A stretch of 63,661 nt of DNA, the filler included, from Octopus bimaculoides (lineage: Eukaryota): the NCBI RefSeq assembly GCF_001194135.2. It is 5 parts of 5 records of this genome, joined end to end, with 100 filler letters (N's around TTAATTAATTAA, not from the genome) between each part and the next. Parts side by side here need not be neighbours in the genome. Positions count along the whole stretch, not along the records: positions 1 to 18,027 come from NC_069009.1; positions 18,128 to 28,875 come from NC_069008.1; 3 more parts are not named here. The stretch is one strand, 5' to 3'. Below the pieces are notes generated by a model. It ran no database searches. It worked only from the letters and a program-made list of their open reading frames with translations, and was not told the DNA's origin. Position numbers and translations under genes: made by a program. Below, piece by piece: positions 10,794-21,954 of the stretch (position 1 is the first letter of the stretch; each line of letters begins with the position of its first letter).

Positions 10794-10877
10794 GGTCTGA
10801 CAAGTAGCTAGCTGATTACCCCTCATTTGGGTAATTACTACTTCCAAGGGTCTGCTAGCAATGAAACATAAGTAGCC
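10794..10877 (+). ncRNA. Hammerhead ribozyme-like motif, degenerate (core CUGACAA)
   Basis: GGT CTGACAA GTAGCTAGCTGA..TCTGCTAGCAAT GAAACATAAGTA GCC. G8>A; the two-arm consensus restores a canonical hammerhead. Confidence 0.45.
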
Positions 10878-11119
10878 TGGATTTTATCTACTCCATTCCC
10901 CAATTTTGGATATACATCTATATAAACCAGAAATAGTTAATGCTACCACTACTACAAAAATAACAACTTCCCCTTTCATGCACTCTCCAAGAACATGTGT
11001 TTGAAAAGATAATCGAAAGCACTCACACACGCTAGAAAGAAACTTTTTCCAAAAAGGTTAGTGATGTTCTGATAAAGAATTTAGAACTTTTTTTTTTTAA
11101 ATATTTTTTTTAAAGAAAT

Positions 11120-11430
11120 CTTTTTTATACTTGGTAAAACTGTATCAAATAATTTTTACAAGTACTTTTAAATACACACGCACACACACACATACACACA
11201 CACACACATCCCCTTCAAAGTAATCCTCATCGAGTCTATTGCATTTTTCCATCCTTCTTTGCCACACTTCTGTGCACTGATGGAAGGATTCATCTGGGAT
11301 GATTCCAAGCTCCATCAATGCAGACCTCTTGATAGCCTTCAAAATGGGTCCCCTTGATGATCCCCTTGAGCTTGGGGAAAGAAAAAGTCACATGGAGCAA
11401 GATCAGGGGAATAGGGTGGATATTCCAGTC
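11120..11430 (-). mobile_element. Mariner transposase C-terminal remnant
   Basis: PPYSPDLAPCDFF..PKLKG..KGTHFE and CTEVWQRRMEKC.RLDEDYFEG, across frameshifts. Confidence 0.8.
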
Positions 11431-11586
11431 TGGCTCTAACCACTGAGTCATGCACCTTCACTATTAATGTTATGCGCACATATATATATATATATACCTA
11501 ATTACTACTACAGCTGGGGCAGTGATGTTGTTACACACGGACGTAGATATTCTAAATCTACATTACAATTCTGCTTACATATATGT

Positions 11587-11915
11587 GAAGGTGCATGGTT
11601 TAGTGGTTAGGGTATTCAGTTCGTGATCATCATGTTATGAGTTCAATTCCTGGTGGCATATTGTGTCCTTGAGCAAAATGCTTTATTTCATGTTGCTCCA
11701 ATCTCCTCAGCTGGCAAAAATGAGTTATACCTGTAATTTAAAAGGCCAGTCTTGTCCCATTCTATTTCACACTGAATCTCCCTAAGAACTACATTAAGGT
11801 ATGCATTGTGTCTGTGGAGTGCTTGGCCACCTGCACATTAATTTCATGAGTAGGCTGTTCCGTTAGTAGGATCAACTGGAATTCTTGTCATTGTAACCAA
11901 TGGAGAGCCAGTTAC
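11587..11915 (+). mobile_element. tRNA-derived SINE family C
   Basis: A-box-like TGGTTTAGTGG, B-box-like GAGTTCAATTCC, body cttgagcaaaa...catgttgctcca...cagctggcaaaaatgagt shared with 15569-15818. Confidence 0.7.
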
Positions 11916-11920
11916 ATATA

Positions 11921-12153
11921 GAGGGTTGGCCAAAAGTCACCTGACAGTAAATCAAAACCATTTAATTCCAAGATTTATTTATGTTTAACAACTGAACAAA
12001 TTTAATAAAAGCATCTAAATATGAAACGTCATGAAAATTGTTCAAACTGAAGTCCTTCTTGAGTGACACATTTTTCCATTTGAGTCAATACAGAATTACA
12101 AATAGTATTTATGGAATTTTGATTTACTGTCAGGTGACTTCTGGCCAACTCTG
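11921..12153. mobile_element. Tc1/mariner-type MITE with about 40-bp TIRs
   Basis: gagggttggccaaaagtcacctgacagtaaatcaaaa versus ttttgatttactgtcaggtgacttctggccaactc; TA on the left flank; AT-rich non-coding interior. Confidence 0.8.
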
Positions 12154-12627
12154 CTGTATGTGACAGTGAGGCTGTTACACAAAGATTCAGATATCCTAGA
12201 CACATTACAGTATTACTAACATATGTGAAACAGTGTTGTTGTTACATCCTGGGCCACATATCACTACTGCTTGCATTTGTGATACAGTGCTGCTGATACA
12301 CAGAGAGCTTAGACCATATTACAGCACTGCTCACACAGATAGTGCTGCTGTTAGAAACTGGTTCACTGGCATCACACATCATACCACAATATTGTTAACA
12401 TATCAATAATGGTTAACCCTTTAGTATTTAAACCAACCATATCTGGCCCAAATATTCTACTTATTTTACGCTCAAACCAACTAAACCTGATTTCTCACAC
12501 CTACCCTACAATGTCATTTTTGAGATAAACAATTACGTCATTGAAATCTCAAGTCTCCAAGATTAATTTAAAACAATATGAATAAATATGCATTACGTTT
12601 GACAGAGTAATCTGAACGTTAAAGGGT

Positions 12628-12945
12628 TAAGCAGGCTGGCAGAACCATTAGCATGCTGTCTGAAATAGTTAATGGCATTTCGTCCATCTCCATGTCCTGA
12701 GTTCAAATCCTGCTGAATGGCCTTTTATCTTTTCAGGGTCAACAAAGTAAGTACCACTTGATCAGGGNNNNNNNNNNNNNNNNNNNNNNNNNNNNNNNNN
12801 NNNNNNNNNGTAATTGACTTCACCCCTACCCTAAAATTACTGGCCTAATGTCAAAATCTGAAATATTTAAAGATGGAGATCTGACAGAATCATTGGCATG
12901 ATGGGTGAAATGCTTAGTGATATTTCATCAGTTTTCATTTCCTAA
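12628..12945 (+). mobile_element. SINE family B, one copy plus a second head, split by a gap
   Basis: ggctggcagaaccattagcatg...ctgagttcaaatcc...aaagtaagtacc. Confidence 0.6.
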
Positions 12946-12949
12946 TTGT

Positions 12950-13080
12950 GAAAGGAACATGTGGAAGGGTTAGACCCAGAAAGACATGGAACGAAGTGAT
13001 GATAAAAGACCTTCAGATGTTGGACCTCACAGATGGGATGACAAGGGACTGAGACTCCTGGCAGTTTGCTGTGCTCCGCT
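12950..13080 (+). mobile_element. RTE LINE ORF2 C-terminal fragment
   Basis: VKGTCGRVRPRKTWNEVMIKDLQMLDLTDGMTRD*DSWQFAV. Confidence 0.7.
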
Positions 13081-13160
13081 TCAGCTGAGCAATCCTAATT
13101 TTGAGGGTTCATGGGTGCTGGTACCACATAAAAGCACCTATGCTGGTGCTATATATCACC

Positions 13161-13560
13161 CTTTTACTCTTCTACTTGTTTCAGTCATGTGACTGCGGCC
13201 ATGCTGGAGCACCGCCTTTAGTTGAGAAAATCGACCCCAGGACTTATTCTTTGTAAGCCTAGTACTTATTCTATCAGTCTCTTTTGCCGAACCGCTAAGT
13301 TACGGGACGTAAACACACCACCATTGGTTGTCAAGCAATGGTGGTGGGGACAAACACGGACACACAAACATATACATACATATACGTATATATATATATA
13401 TATATATATACATATATACGACGGGCTTCTTTCAGTTTCCGTCTACCAAATCCACTCACGAGGCTATAGTAGAAGACACTTGCCCAAGGTTCCACGCAGT
13501 AGGAATAAACCCAGAACCATGTGGTTGGTAAGCAAGCTACTTACCACACAGCCACTCCTG
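13161..13560 (-). mobile_element. SINE family A, full length
   Basis: Reverse complement of the 4321-4720 family, including the internal microsatellite. Confidence 0.85.
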
Positions 13561-13699
13561 TATAACAACAACCACAAATTTACTTAGTTTCACATGTCTT
13601 CTCAAGCATGGCAAACCGCCCGTGTCGTCCTGTCTGTGAGGTCCAAAACCTGAAGATCCTTTCTCACCGCTTTGTTCCATGTCTTCCACAAGTCCCTTT

Positions 13700-13900
13700 C
13701 ACAGTTAGAAAATGAAAACATATGAAATACCACAAAACAGGTGTAATCAACCCCAGTGCACAACTGGCATTTATTTTATTGACCACAAAAGGGTGGAAGG
13801 CAAAGTAGGCTTCAGCGGAATTTGAACTCAAGACATGAAGACAGATCTCTAAGCATTTCAGCCAACATGCTACTGGTTCTGCTAGCTTGCTATCTTAAGC
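13700..13900 (-). mobile_element. SINE family B
   Basis: Reverse complement of the gctagcagaacc...ttgagttcaaattccgctgaag...aataaaatg pattern. Confidence 0.6.
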
Positions 13901-13959
13901 ATTACCGATATATTAACAGTATTGTGGTATGGTGTGTACACTCTATAAAGTGGCTGCCA

Positions 13960-14135
13960 TTAAGGAGGGCATCCAGCTGTAGAAACCATGCCAAAACAGA
14001 CATGGAATCTGGGCAGCTCATCCACTGGCCAGCTCCAAGTCAAACCGTCCAACCCATGCCAGCATGGAAAATAAATGATGATGATGATGATGATGATGAT
14101 CATCATCATCATCATCATCTTCTTCTTCTTCTTCT
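13960..14135 (+). mobile_element. RTE-type 3' tail ending in (GAT)n(CAT)n(CTT)n
   Basis: agggcatccagctgtagaaac...gtccaacccatgccagcatggaaa + (gat)n; the same tail occurs at 17570-17670 and 60808-60910. Confidence 0.65.
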
Positions 14136-14598
14136 TACTAAAGACTGGACTTTCCCTTAATGATCAAAATATAAAACTTTTTCTCCCTTGAAATGTATCC
14201 TTTTACTCCCTTGAAAGCTGCACCTCTTGCTACTCCAACATTCAACACACCCACCATCCCCACTGTCACTGCCCACTGCAGCCAGTGCTAACACCATCAC
14301 CATCACCACCACCAACAACAACAACAACAATACCATAACAATACAGTGCCATTATCAAGCCATTATCTTCATCACCACTAACACCACTATCATCTCCACC
14401 ACTAACACCACCCACAACTACAACAACCATCACACCGCTATGCCATCATTATCATCAACACCATCTCATCCCAAGCTTCCTCCACTTAACCACAACAATA
14501 ATACATACCACCACCAACACCACCGCCAGATAGCACAACAACAAAGTACCACCACCACTAACAACAAAACCACCACCACAACAACAACAACAAGTTAC

Positions 14599-15088
14599 CT
14601 ATGCAGTAGAAATAATTCTTTCCCATTCCCAATTTTCCCTTCTCCTCTGGCGTTCCTTGACCATGTTGGCCCATGTAGATTTTCCCTCGACTGTCTAGGG
14701 AGCTTAGCAAACTTCCCAGCTCTTGGCCTTTTATAAACACATCATCGTCAGCACGGATGAAATATTCATATTTATCTGCAAGATTTTTGTACATATATTT
14801 CAACATTTCGAACATTTTGTGGTGTGGTGGGTAGACATTGTCTGGTGCTCGATTCAGCCGCACAATTGGCATCCCAACAGGAGCCAGATCTGTGCTGTTA
14901 CCCACGAAGAAGATCACATCACCAGGGATGGATTTTAACCAGGTCATTTGAATTGCCCAGTCTCGGGTTTGGAAATATTGGGAATATGTCAAGATTCCAA
15001 CCAGAACAAGTTTCTTCTTGGGACCTCGGTTGAATTGGAAATCTCCAAGTTCTTCTACAAAACGTTGTGGCTGAAATTTCGGACTGAC
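14599..15088 (-). CDS. CHSY1: Chondroitin sulfate synthase 1-like, exon with N-terminal Fringe-like/beta-3 glycosyltransferase domain
   Basis: Acceptor attctttttcAG (15090-15089), donor ATAG|GTaact (14598-14597). Encodes LVLVGILT...QTR...TW...IPG...YPP..KMF.MLKYM...KYEYFIRADDDVFIKG...YMGQ.G.G...YCIG, typical of CHSY1. Confidence 0.92.
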
Positions 15089-15243
15089 CTGAAAAAGAAT
15101 AACCAAAGAAGACATATTGAAAACTTGACTGAGAGTATTATGCTGTTATAGTAAACTGACCTACAATATAAATTAGTTGCTGGCAGGGACATTTTACATC
15201 GTTATGCAACCATAATATACTACCAAATATATTAAAGGCTTTA

Positions 15244-15390
15244 TAAGTTAATACTGTGTCCTACATCTGTTAGCAGTGCGAATCAATCACTTCAAGTGCT
15301 AGCTCTAGTTTCTATAGAAAATCTGTAGAAATAACTTCAAAAAGTGATTGAATTGCACTGCTAACACAGGTAGGACACAGTATTGACTTA
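15244..15390. repeat. About 147-bp fold-back hairpin (MITE-like)
   Basis: taagttaatactgtgtcctac...gcagtgc.aatcaatcactt pairs with aagtgattgaattgcactgc...gtaggacacagtattgactta; inner stem tttctataga/tctgtagaaa. Confidence 0.85.
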
Positions 15391-15568
15391 TGAAGAGTTT
15401 TTTTTATATACTTTGTAATATATTATGGTTGCATAACGTAATACAGTGTCCTTACCAACAATCAATATGTACATACCAGTTGGCAGGAATGTTTTTAATA
15501 TGTAAAATTGGTATATCCAATTGTGTTACACTGCTATGTTCTTTATTTTTACTATGCATAAATAGGGT

Positions 15569-16100
15569 GGAGGCGCGTGGCTTAGTGGTTAGGGTGTCAG
15601 CACCATGATTGTAAGATTGTGGTTTCGATTCCTAAACCGAGTGACGCATTGTGTTCTTGAGCAAAACACTTCATTTCATGTTGCTCCAGTTCCACTCAGC
15701 TGGCAAAAATGAGTAACGCTGCAATGGACTGGCGTCACATCTAGCTGGGGAACACATACACCATTGAAACCAGGAAACCAGGCCCATGAGCCTGGCTAGG
15801 CGTTAAAAGGGTGCATTTATTTGTGGAGGCACAATGGCCCGGTGGTTAAGGCAGCGGACTCGCGGTGGGGGGATCGCGGTTTCGATTTCCAGACCGGGTG
15901 TTGTGTGTGTTTATTGAGCGAAAACACCTAAAGCTCCACAAGGCTCCGGCAGGGGATAGGTGGCGACCCCTGTTGTATTCTTTTACCCCAACTTTCTCTC
16001 AATGTTTCTTGAGTGTCCCGTCCAGCTGGGGGGAACATATACACCATAGATACTGGGAAACCAGGCCCATGAGCCTGGCTAGGCTTTAAAAGGACGCATA
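15569..16100 (+). mobile_element. Two tandem tRNA-derived SINEs (15569-15818, 15823-16100) with different bodies and an identical 3' tail
   Basis: Each has A/B-box-like motifs (TGGCTTAGTGG / GGTTTCGATTCC; TGGCCCGGTGG / GGTTTCGATTTCC). Both end ggaaaccaggcccatgagcctggctaggc.ttaaaagg..gcat. Confidence 0.75.
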
Positions 16101-16324
16101 TATAAAAAATAAATGCATAAATAGGTAATAGGTGTATATGCATATTTCAGGAATTATTGCTCCATCTTTAGTATCACATCTATCCTGTTAACTATCCATG
16201 GACTAATTATTTAAATAGACGCTGAATTTTTTCCTCTTTTTTACTTTCTCTCCCCTTTTTCTTTTTTCCCACCTTTTCCTTGTTTTCTTTTCTTTGTCTT
16301 TCTTTTGTAAAAACTATTCTCTTT

Positions 16325-16628
16325 TACTCTTTTACTTGTTTCAGTCATTTGACTGCAGCCATGCTGGAGCACCACCTTTAGTCGAGCAAATCGACCCCAG
16401 GACTTATTCTTTGTAAGCCTAGTACTTATTCTATCGGTCTCTTTTGCCGAACTGCTAAGTTACAGGGACGTAAACACACCAGCATCGGTTGTCAAGTGAT
16501 GTTGGTGGAACAAACACAGACACACAAACACACATATATATATACATATACATATATACAACAGGCTTCTTTCAGTTTCCGTCTACCAAATCCACTCACA
16601 AGGCTTTGGTCGGCCCGAGGCTATAGCA
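16325..16628 (-). mobile_element. SINE family A, cut by a gap
   Basis: Reverse complement of the 4321-4720 family. Confidence 0.85.
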
Positions 16629-16987
16629 GNNNNNNNNNNNNNNNNNNNNNNNNNNNNNNNNNNNNNNNNNNNNNNNNNNNNNNNNNNNNNNNNNNNNNNN
16701 NNNNNNNNNNNNNNNNNNNNNNNNNNNNNNNNNNNNNNNNNNNNNNNNNNNNNNNNNNNNNNNNNNNNNNNNNNNNNNNNNNNNNNNNNNNNNNNNNNNN
16801 NNNNNNNNNNNNNNNNNNNNNNNNNNNNNNNNNNNNNNNNNNNNNNNNNNNNNNNNNNNNNNNNNNNNNNNNNNNNNNNNNNNNNNNNNNNNNNNNNNNN
16901 NNNNNNNNNNNNNNNNNNNNNNNNNNNNNNNNNNNNNNNNNNNNNNNNNNNNNNNNNNNNNNNNNNNNNNNNNNNNNNNNNNNNNNN

Positions 16988-17670
16988 GGTGAGGCAAGAC
17001 CTCCGAACATTGGGCCTCACTGAAGCGATGACTACTGACCGAGACCTTTGGAAATGTGCTGTGCGTGAGAAGACCCGGCAAGCCAAGTGAGACCTAAATC
17101 CAAGGCCTCTGCCAGGGGTGTAGCCAGCCCACTTATGTGCACCTTTTCTACATTGGACACAAAACTCCGCTTGTGAAGACTTGTTGAGGCAAGTGAAATC
17201 GAACTAAATTCGATGACTGGCACCCGTGCCAACGTCGTCTCCTTCATTGGACACGAAACTCAGCTTGCAAAGATTTATTGGGGCAAGCGAAAGTGAAATC
17301 GGGATAGCACCTGTGCCCAGCGTTGCCTTTCTGTCACTTGTGCCCGTGACATGTGTAAGGATTTTCGAGCGAGATCGTTGCCAGTGCCCCTGGACTGGCC
17401 TTCGTAGGATTTTTCGAGCAAGATCGTTGCCGGTGCCCCTGGACTGGCTCTTGTGCAGGTGGCACATAAAATACACCATTTTGAGCGTGGCTGTTGCCAG
17501 TACCACCTGACTGGCCTTCATGCGGGTGACACGTAAAAGCACCCACTACACTCTCTGAGTGGTTGGCGTTAGGAAGGGCATCCAGCTGTAGAAACTCTGC
17601 CAGATCAGATTGGAGCCTGGTGTTGCCATCCAGTTTCACCAGTCCTCAGTCAAATCGGACATGGAAAGCG
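16988..17670 (+). mobile_element. RTE LINE 3' end with long 3' UTR
   Basis: VRQDLRTLGLTEAMTTDRDLWKCAVREKTRQAK*, followed by a UTR with two about 48-bp tandem copies (..gatcgttgcc.gtgcccctggactggc..) and the shared tail. Confidence 0.75.
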
Positions 17671-18127
17671 GACATCACAATAACAACAGCAACAGCAACA
17701 ACAGCAGTCACACATACAATGATAACAACAATGGCAACAACAACACCTTAGAAAATCTCTTTTATAACCCAATTGACAAATCCTATGATATGACCAGAAT
17801 CTATCCAACGGATTTACTTTTCAACAAAAGAGTATGCATCTCGCCTTACACAGATGATAAAACAGAAGCCATGATCTCTTTAGCTAGAAGCAGACTCAAG
17901 AAAACATTAACACGTTATATAGCAACTGCACCAACACAAAACGAAGTAGAGGCCCACCAACTCGGTACAGTAGCTGCAATGGGCATACGAAAACTAAAAC
18001 ATAGAGTTAGAAACAATGAGATAGTATNNNNNNNNNNNNNNNNNNNNNNNNNNNNNNNNNNNNNNNNNNNNTTAATTAATTAANNNNNNNNNNNNNNNNN
18101 NNNNNNNNNNNNNNNNNNNNNNNNNNN

Positions 18128-18179
<52 letters not shown>

Positions 18180-18619
18180 AAAATTCAGAGTGTAGATTTG
18201 GGAGTAGATGGGATGATATAAATCCAATAAAAAACATTTTTTTTGGAGAGGAATGTTATGTAAGAGTTAGTTCCCTTGTCTCGTTCACGACAAAGGACGA
18301 AGTCAGTACAATTAGTATTCAGTGGCCGCCATGATTGACACTAAATATTTTTCAGTTTCTGTTTCACTAGCTTATATTAGAGTTGAACATAACTACAATA
18401 TCAGATTACTTAATAATCCTTACACATAACTTAATACTTGGTGGTGACATTCTATATAGATTTAATTAGAATATAAATAAGTATTTATATTTGTGCTCGA
18501 ATACGAACGACGGGGGTGGGACGAAATGATCGTACTACGGATTATTATATATCAACAAAATATGCATATGGATACACATACCTACATATATTTATATACG
18601 TGTATAGAATTTGTGTATA

Positions 18620-18710
18620 CATGGTATCAAAGACCCTGTTTTCTCCATCCACTATAAGGACCCTGTATTGTAACAACCTCGATTTCAAGGGTCCTCAACT
18701 ACTCAACACA
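18620..18710 (+). mobile_element. CR1/Zenon-like LINE C-terminal scrap
   Basis: SPSTIRTLYCNNLDFKGPQLLN resembles the RT-distal CR1 motif YCNSL.FKGPQLFN (recalled family pattern). Confidence 0.4.
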
Positions 18711-18988
18711 CACAAACAGACAGATATATATAGCCTACGGGCAACCACCAGAGGACAAATAAAGACAAGCCGAACCAAGTGACACTGAGTTTATTGAATG
18801 GGGTATCTTTTCAAAAATCACCTGACGAGACACATCTGCACCGAAAGATGCACCATAACCAACAGGATAGTATCTCACCCGCGAACGACCTATACAAAGT
18901 GGGTCGATACGATCGTTGTGATTTATAAAGAATCTCATGAATTCTCATTCTTTCATTTCTTATATACATTCATACATACATACATATA

Positions 18989-19056
<68 letters not shown>

Positions 19057-19799
19057 TGTATATNNNNNNNNNNNNNNNNNNNNNNNNNNNNNNNNNNNNN
19101 NNNNNNNNNNNNNNNNNNNNNNNNNNNNNNNNNNNNNNNNNNNNNNNNNNNNNNNNNNNNNNNNNNNNNNNNNNNNNNNNNNNNNNNNNNNNNNNNNNNN
19201 NNNNNNNNNNNNNNNNNNNNNNNNNNNNNNNNNNNNNNNNNNNNNNNNNNNNNNNNNNNNNNNNNNNNNNNNNNNNNNNNNNNNNNNNNNNNNNNNNNNN
19301 NNNNNNNNNNNNNNNNNNNNNNNNNNNNNNNNNNNNNNNNNNNNNNNNNNNNNNNNNNNNNNNNNNNNNNNNNNNNNNNNNNNNNNNNNNNNNNNNNNNN
19401 NNNNNNNNNNNNNNNNNNNNNNNNNNNNNNNNNNNNNNNNNNNNNNNNNNNNNNNNNNNNNNNNNNNNNNNNNNNNNNNNNNNNNNNNNNNNNNNNNNNN
19501 NNNNNNNNNNNNNNNNNNNNNNNNNNNNNNNNNNNNNNNNNNNNNNNNNNNNNNNNNNNNNNNNNNNNNNNNNNNNNNNNNNNNNNNNNNNNNNNNNNNN
19601 NNNNNNNNNNNNNNNNNNNNNNNNNNNNNNNNNNNNNNNNNNNNNTATATATATACATATATGAAAAACAATGAACTTGTGGAGAAATTAAATGAAATGT
19701 TTTTTTAGAAATATTCCCATAGTTTTCAAATGCAAGGGACATTTTCCTTTTTTCAGTCTGTCTCTGTCTCTCTTTTTTACTCTTGTGGTTTCTATGTAG

Positions 19800-20470
19800 T
19801 TAGCAGCAGCTAGTTTGATATGTTAGTAGATTTATCAATTTTGCTCATAGTTCGTTTACCAACATTGCTATCTAGTTTTCTGTAGAATTGCTGATCTTAG
19901 AGTTGTTCCAAGACCATTTCCCTGTAATGGACCTTGTCCATTATTACAATGGCTCCTCCTTTGTCGGATTCTTTAACGACTGACTATAGATGAGTCTTCT
20001 TGTAGACATTCTAATGCTTTTTCTTCATCATCTGTAATATTTTGTTTTACAAGGTTTGCTGCAATGTTTGAGTTAGCAAACCTTTTCAGGCATATTATAT
20101 ATTCCTGCAGGCGTTTGTGTCTGTTTATTGGAGGTTTAAAACCTGTTTTGTTCTGCACAAGCGATGGATCATCGTTGTGAATGTTTTGAAAGAATTCCTG
20201 AAGGCGAAGTTTTCTGCAAAATTCCTTGGTATCTAATAAGGTCTGTTGTGTTGGATTTAGGAGTTGGTGTGAATTTTGGACCATATTGTAGAACTTTTAT
20301 TTCCCTTTCCATAAGATTCGGTCTTATGGAAAGAGAGGTCGATTATTTTGGAGTCAGTTGGCCTAATATTTTCTTGACCATTTGTATCATTAATGTTTTC
20401 ATTCGTTTCTGTTTGGAAATCTTGTTCGCTACAAAATGGAGTGAGTCATTGATACCTTGTTTCTCAGTCA
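19800..20470 (-). mobile_element. Penelope-like element, N-terminal part of ORF
   Basis: GPKFTPTP, KEFCRKLRLQEFF, NITDDEEKALECLQED..IV, VVKESDKGGAIVIMD (frameshifted): the typical PLE pre-RT region. Confidence 0.85.
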
Positions 20471-20475
20471 TTCCA

Positions 20476-20535
<60 letters not shown>

Positions 20536-21150
20536 NNNNNNNNNNNNNNNNNNNNNNNNNNNNNNNNNNNNNNNNNNNNNNNNNNNNNNNNNNNNNNNNN
20601 NNNNNNNNNNNNNNNNNNNNNNNNNNNNNNNNNNNNNNNNNNNNNNNNNNNNNNNNNNNNNNNNNNNNNNNNNNNNNNNNNNNNNNNNNNNNNNNNNNNN
20701 NNNNNNNNNNNNNNNNNNNNNNNNNNNNNNNNNNNNNNNNNNNNNNNNNNNNNNNNNNNNNNNNNNNNNNNNNNNNNNNNNNNNNNNNNNNNNNNNNNNN
20801 NNNNNNNNNNNNNNNNNNNNNNNNNNNNNNNNNNNNNNNNNNNNNNNNNNNNNNNNNNNNNNNNNNNNNNNNNNNNNNNNNNNNNNNNNNNNNNNNNNNN
20901 NNNNNNNNNNNNNNNNNNNNNNNNNNNNNNNNNNNNNNNNNNNNNNNNNNNNNNNNNNNNNNNNNNNNNNNNNNNNNNNNNNNNNNNNNNNNNNNNNNNN
21001 NNNNNNNNNNNNNNNNNNNNNNNNNNNNNNNNNNNNNNNNNNNNNNNNNNNNNNNNNNNNNNNNNNNNNNNNNNNNNNNNNNNNNNNNNNNNNNNNNNNN
21101 NNNNNNNNNNNNNNNNNNNNNNNNNNNNNNNTATGTATATATATATGTAC

Positions 21151-21185
<35 letters not shown>

Positions 21186-21373
21186 TGTATGTGTGTATAC
21201 GTGTGTATATATGTATATGACCGCAGCCTAACGACTGAAACAAGGCGATAACAGAATAAAAGAATGTGTGTGTCTGTGTCTGTGTGTGTGTGTCTGTGTG
21301 TCTGTGTGTCTGTGTCTGTGTGTGTGTGTGTGTGTCTGTGTGTGTGTGTCTGTGTGTGTGTGTGTGTGTCTGT

Positions 21374-21443
<70 letters not shown>

Positions 21444-21954
21444 AGTTAGAATGACAAAAAGAAAAATCAGTTATGTCATGGACTTCACTGGCTTACAGCT
21501 GTTTCTGCTATGGGGTGCAATGCGCTCATAGTTGAATGCTTGAGTATTACTCTATAGCTTTATCTACACGTATGCGCATTATGCATATGGTATATCAAAT
21601 AAAGCAAATACCTAATGTACATACATATAGATGAAGCTTCAGCGTGATATCATTCTATATAAACATGTATTCTCGTATATAAACAAGAGCCGAACTCTCA
21701 TATTTCGTCAACTGAAGACTGTCTTTTCTGGTATTTTTGTTTTGTCTGCAGATCAGAAATGCAAATATTCAAGTGATGGATTACTTGAATTGTCTTTGAT
21801 ATGCATACATTATATAGATATGCGTGTGTATGTAAATATGTGTATATATATANNNNNNNNNNNNNNNNNNNNNNNNNNNNNNNNNNNNNNNNNNNNNNNN
21901 NNNNNNNNNNNNNNNNNNNNNNNNNNNNNNNNNNNNNNNNNNNNNNNNNNNNTT

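Larger units (their letters stand above)
10554..10907. repeat. Long inverted repeat, about 170-bp arms, 16-nt spacer (10724-10739)
   Basis: aaaattagggaatgg...catgttgactc pairs with gagtcaacatg...ccattccccaatttt, with scattered mismatches. Confidence 0.9.

Noticed and set aside
14227-14736. 169-aa plus-strand ORF rich in T/N/H
   Set aside because: It is a (CAA/CAC)n low-complexity tract plus the antisense of the CHSY1 exon.
18822-18860. CTGACGA...CCGAAAG hammerhead-like string
   Set aside because: Stems I, II and III cannot be formed properly.
18735-18938. Minus-strand ORF as CHSY1 exon 1 (possible CAG|GTGATT donor in phase 0)
   Set aside because: No transmembrane anchor in that frame and a weak donor; the adjacent plus-strand sequence looks like a LINE scrap.
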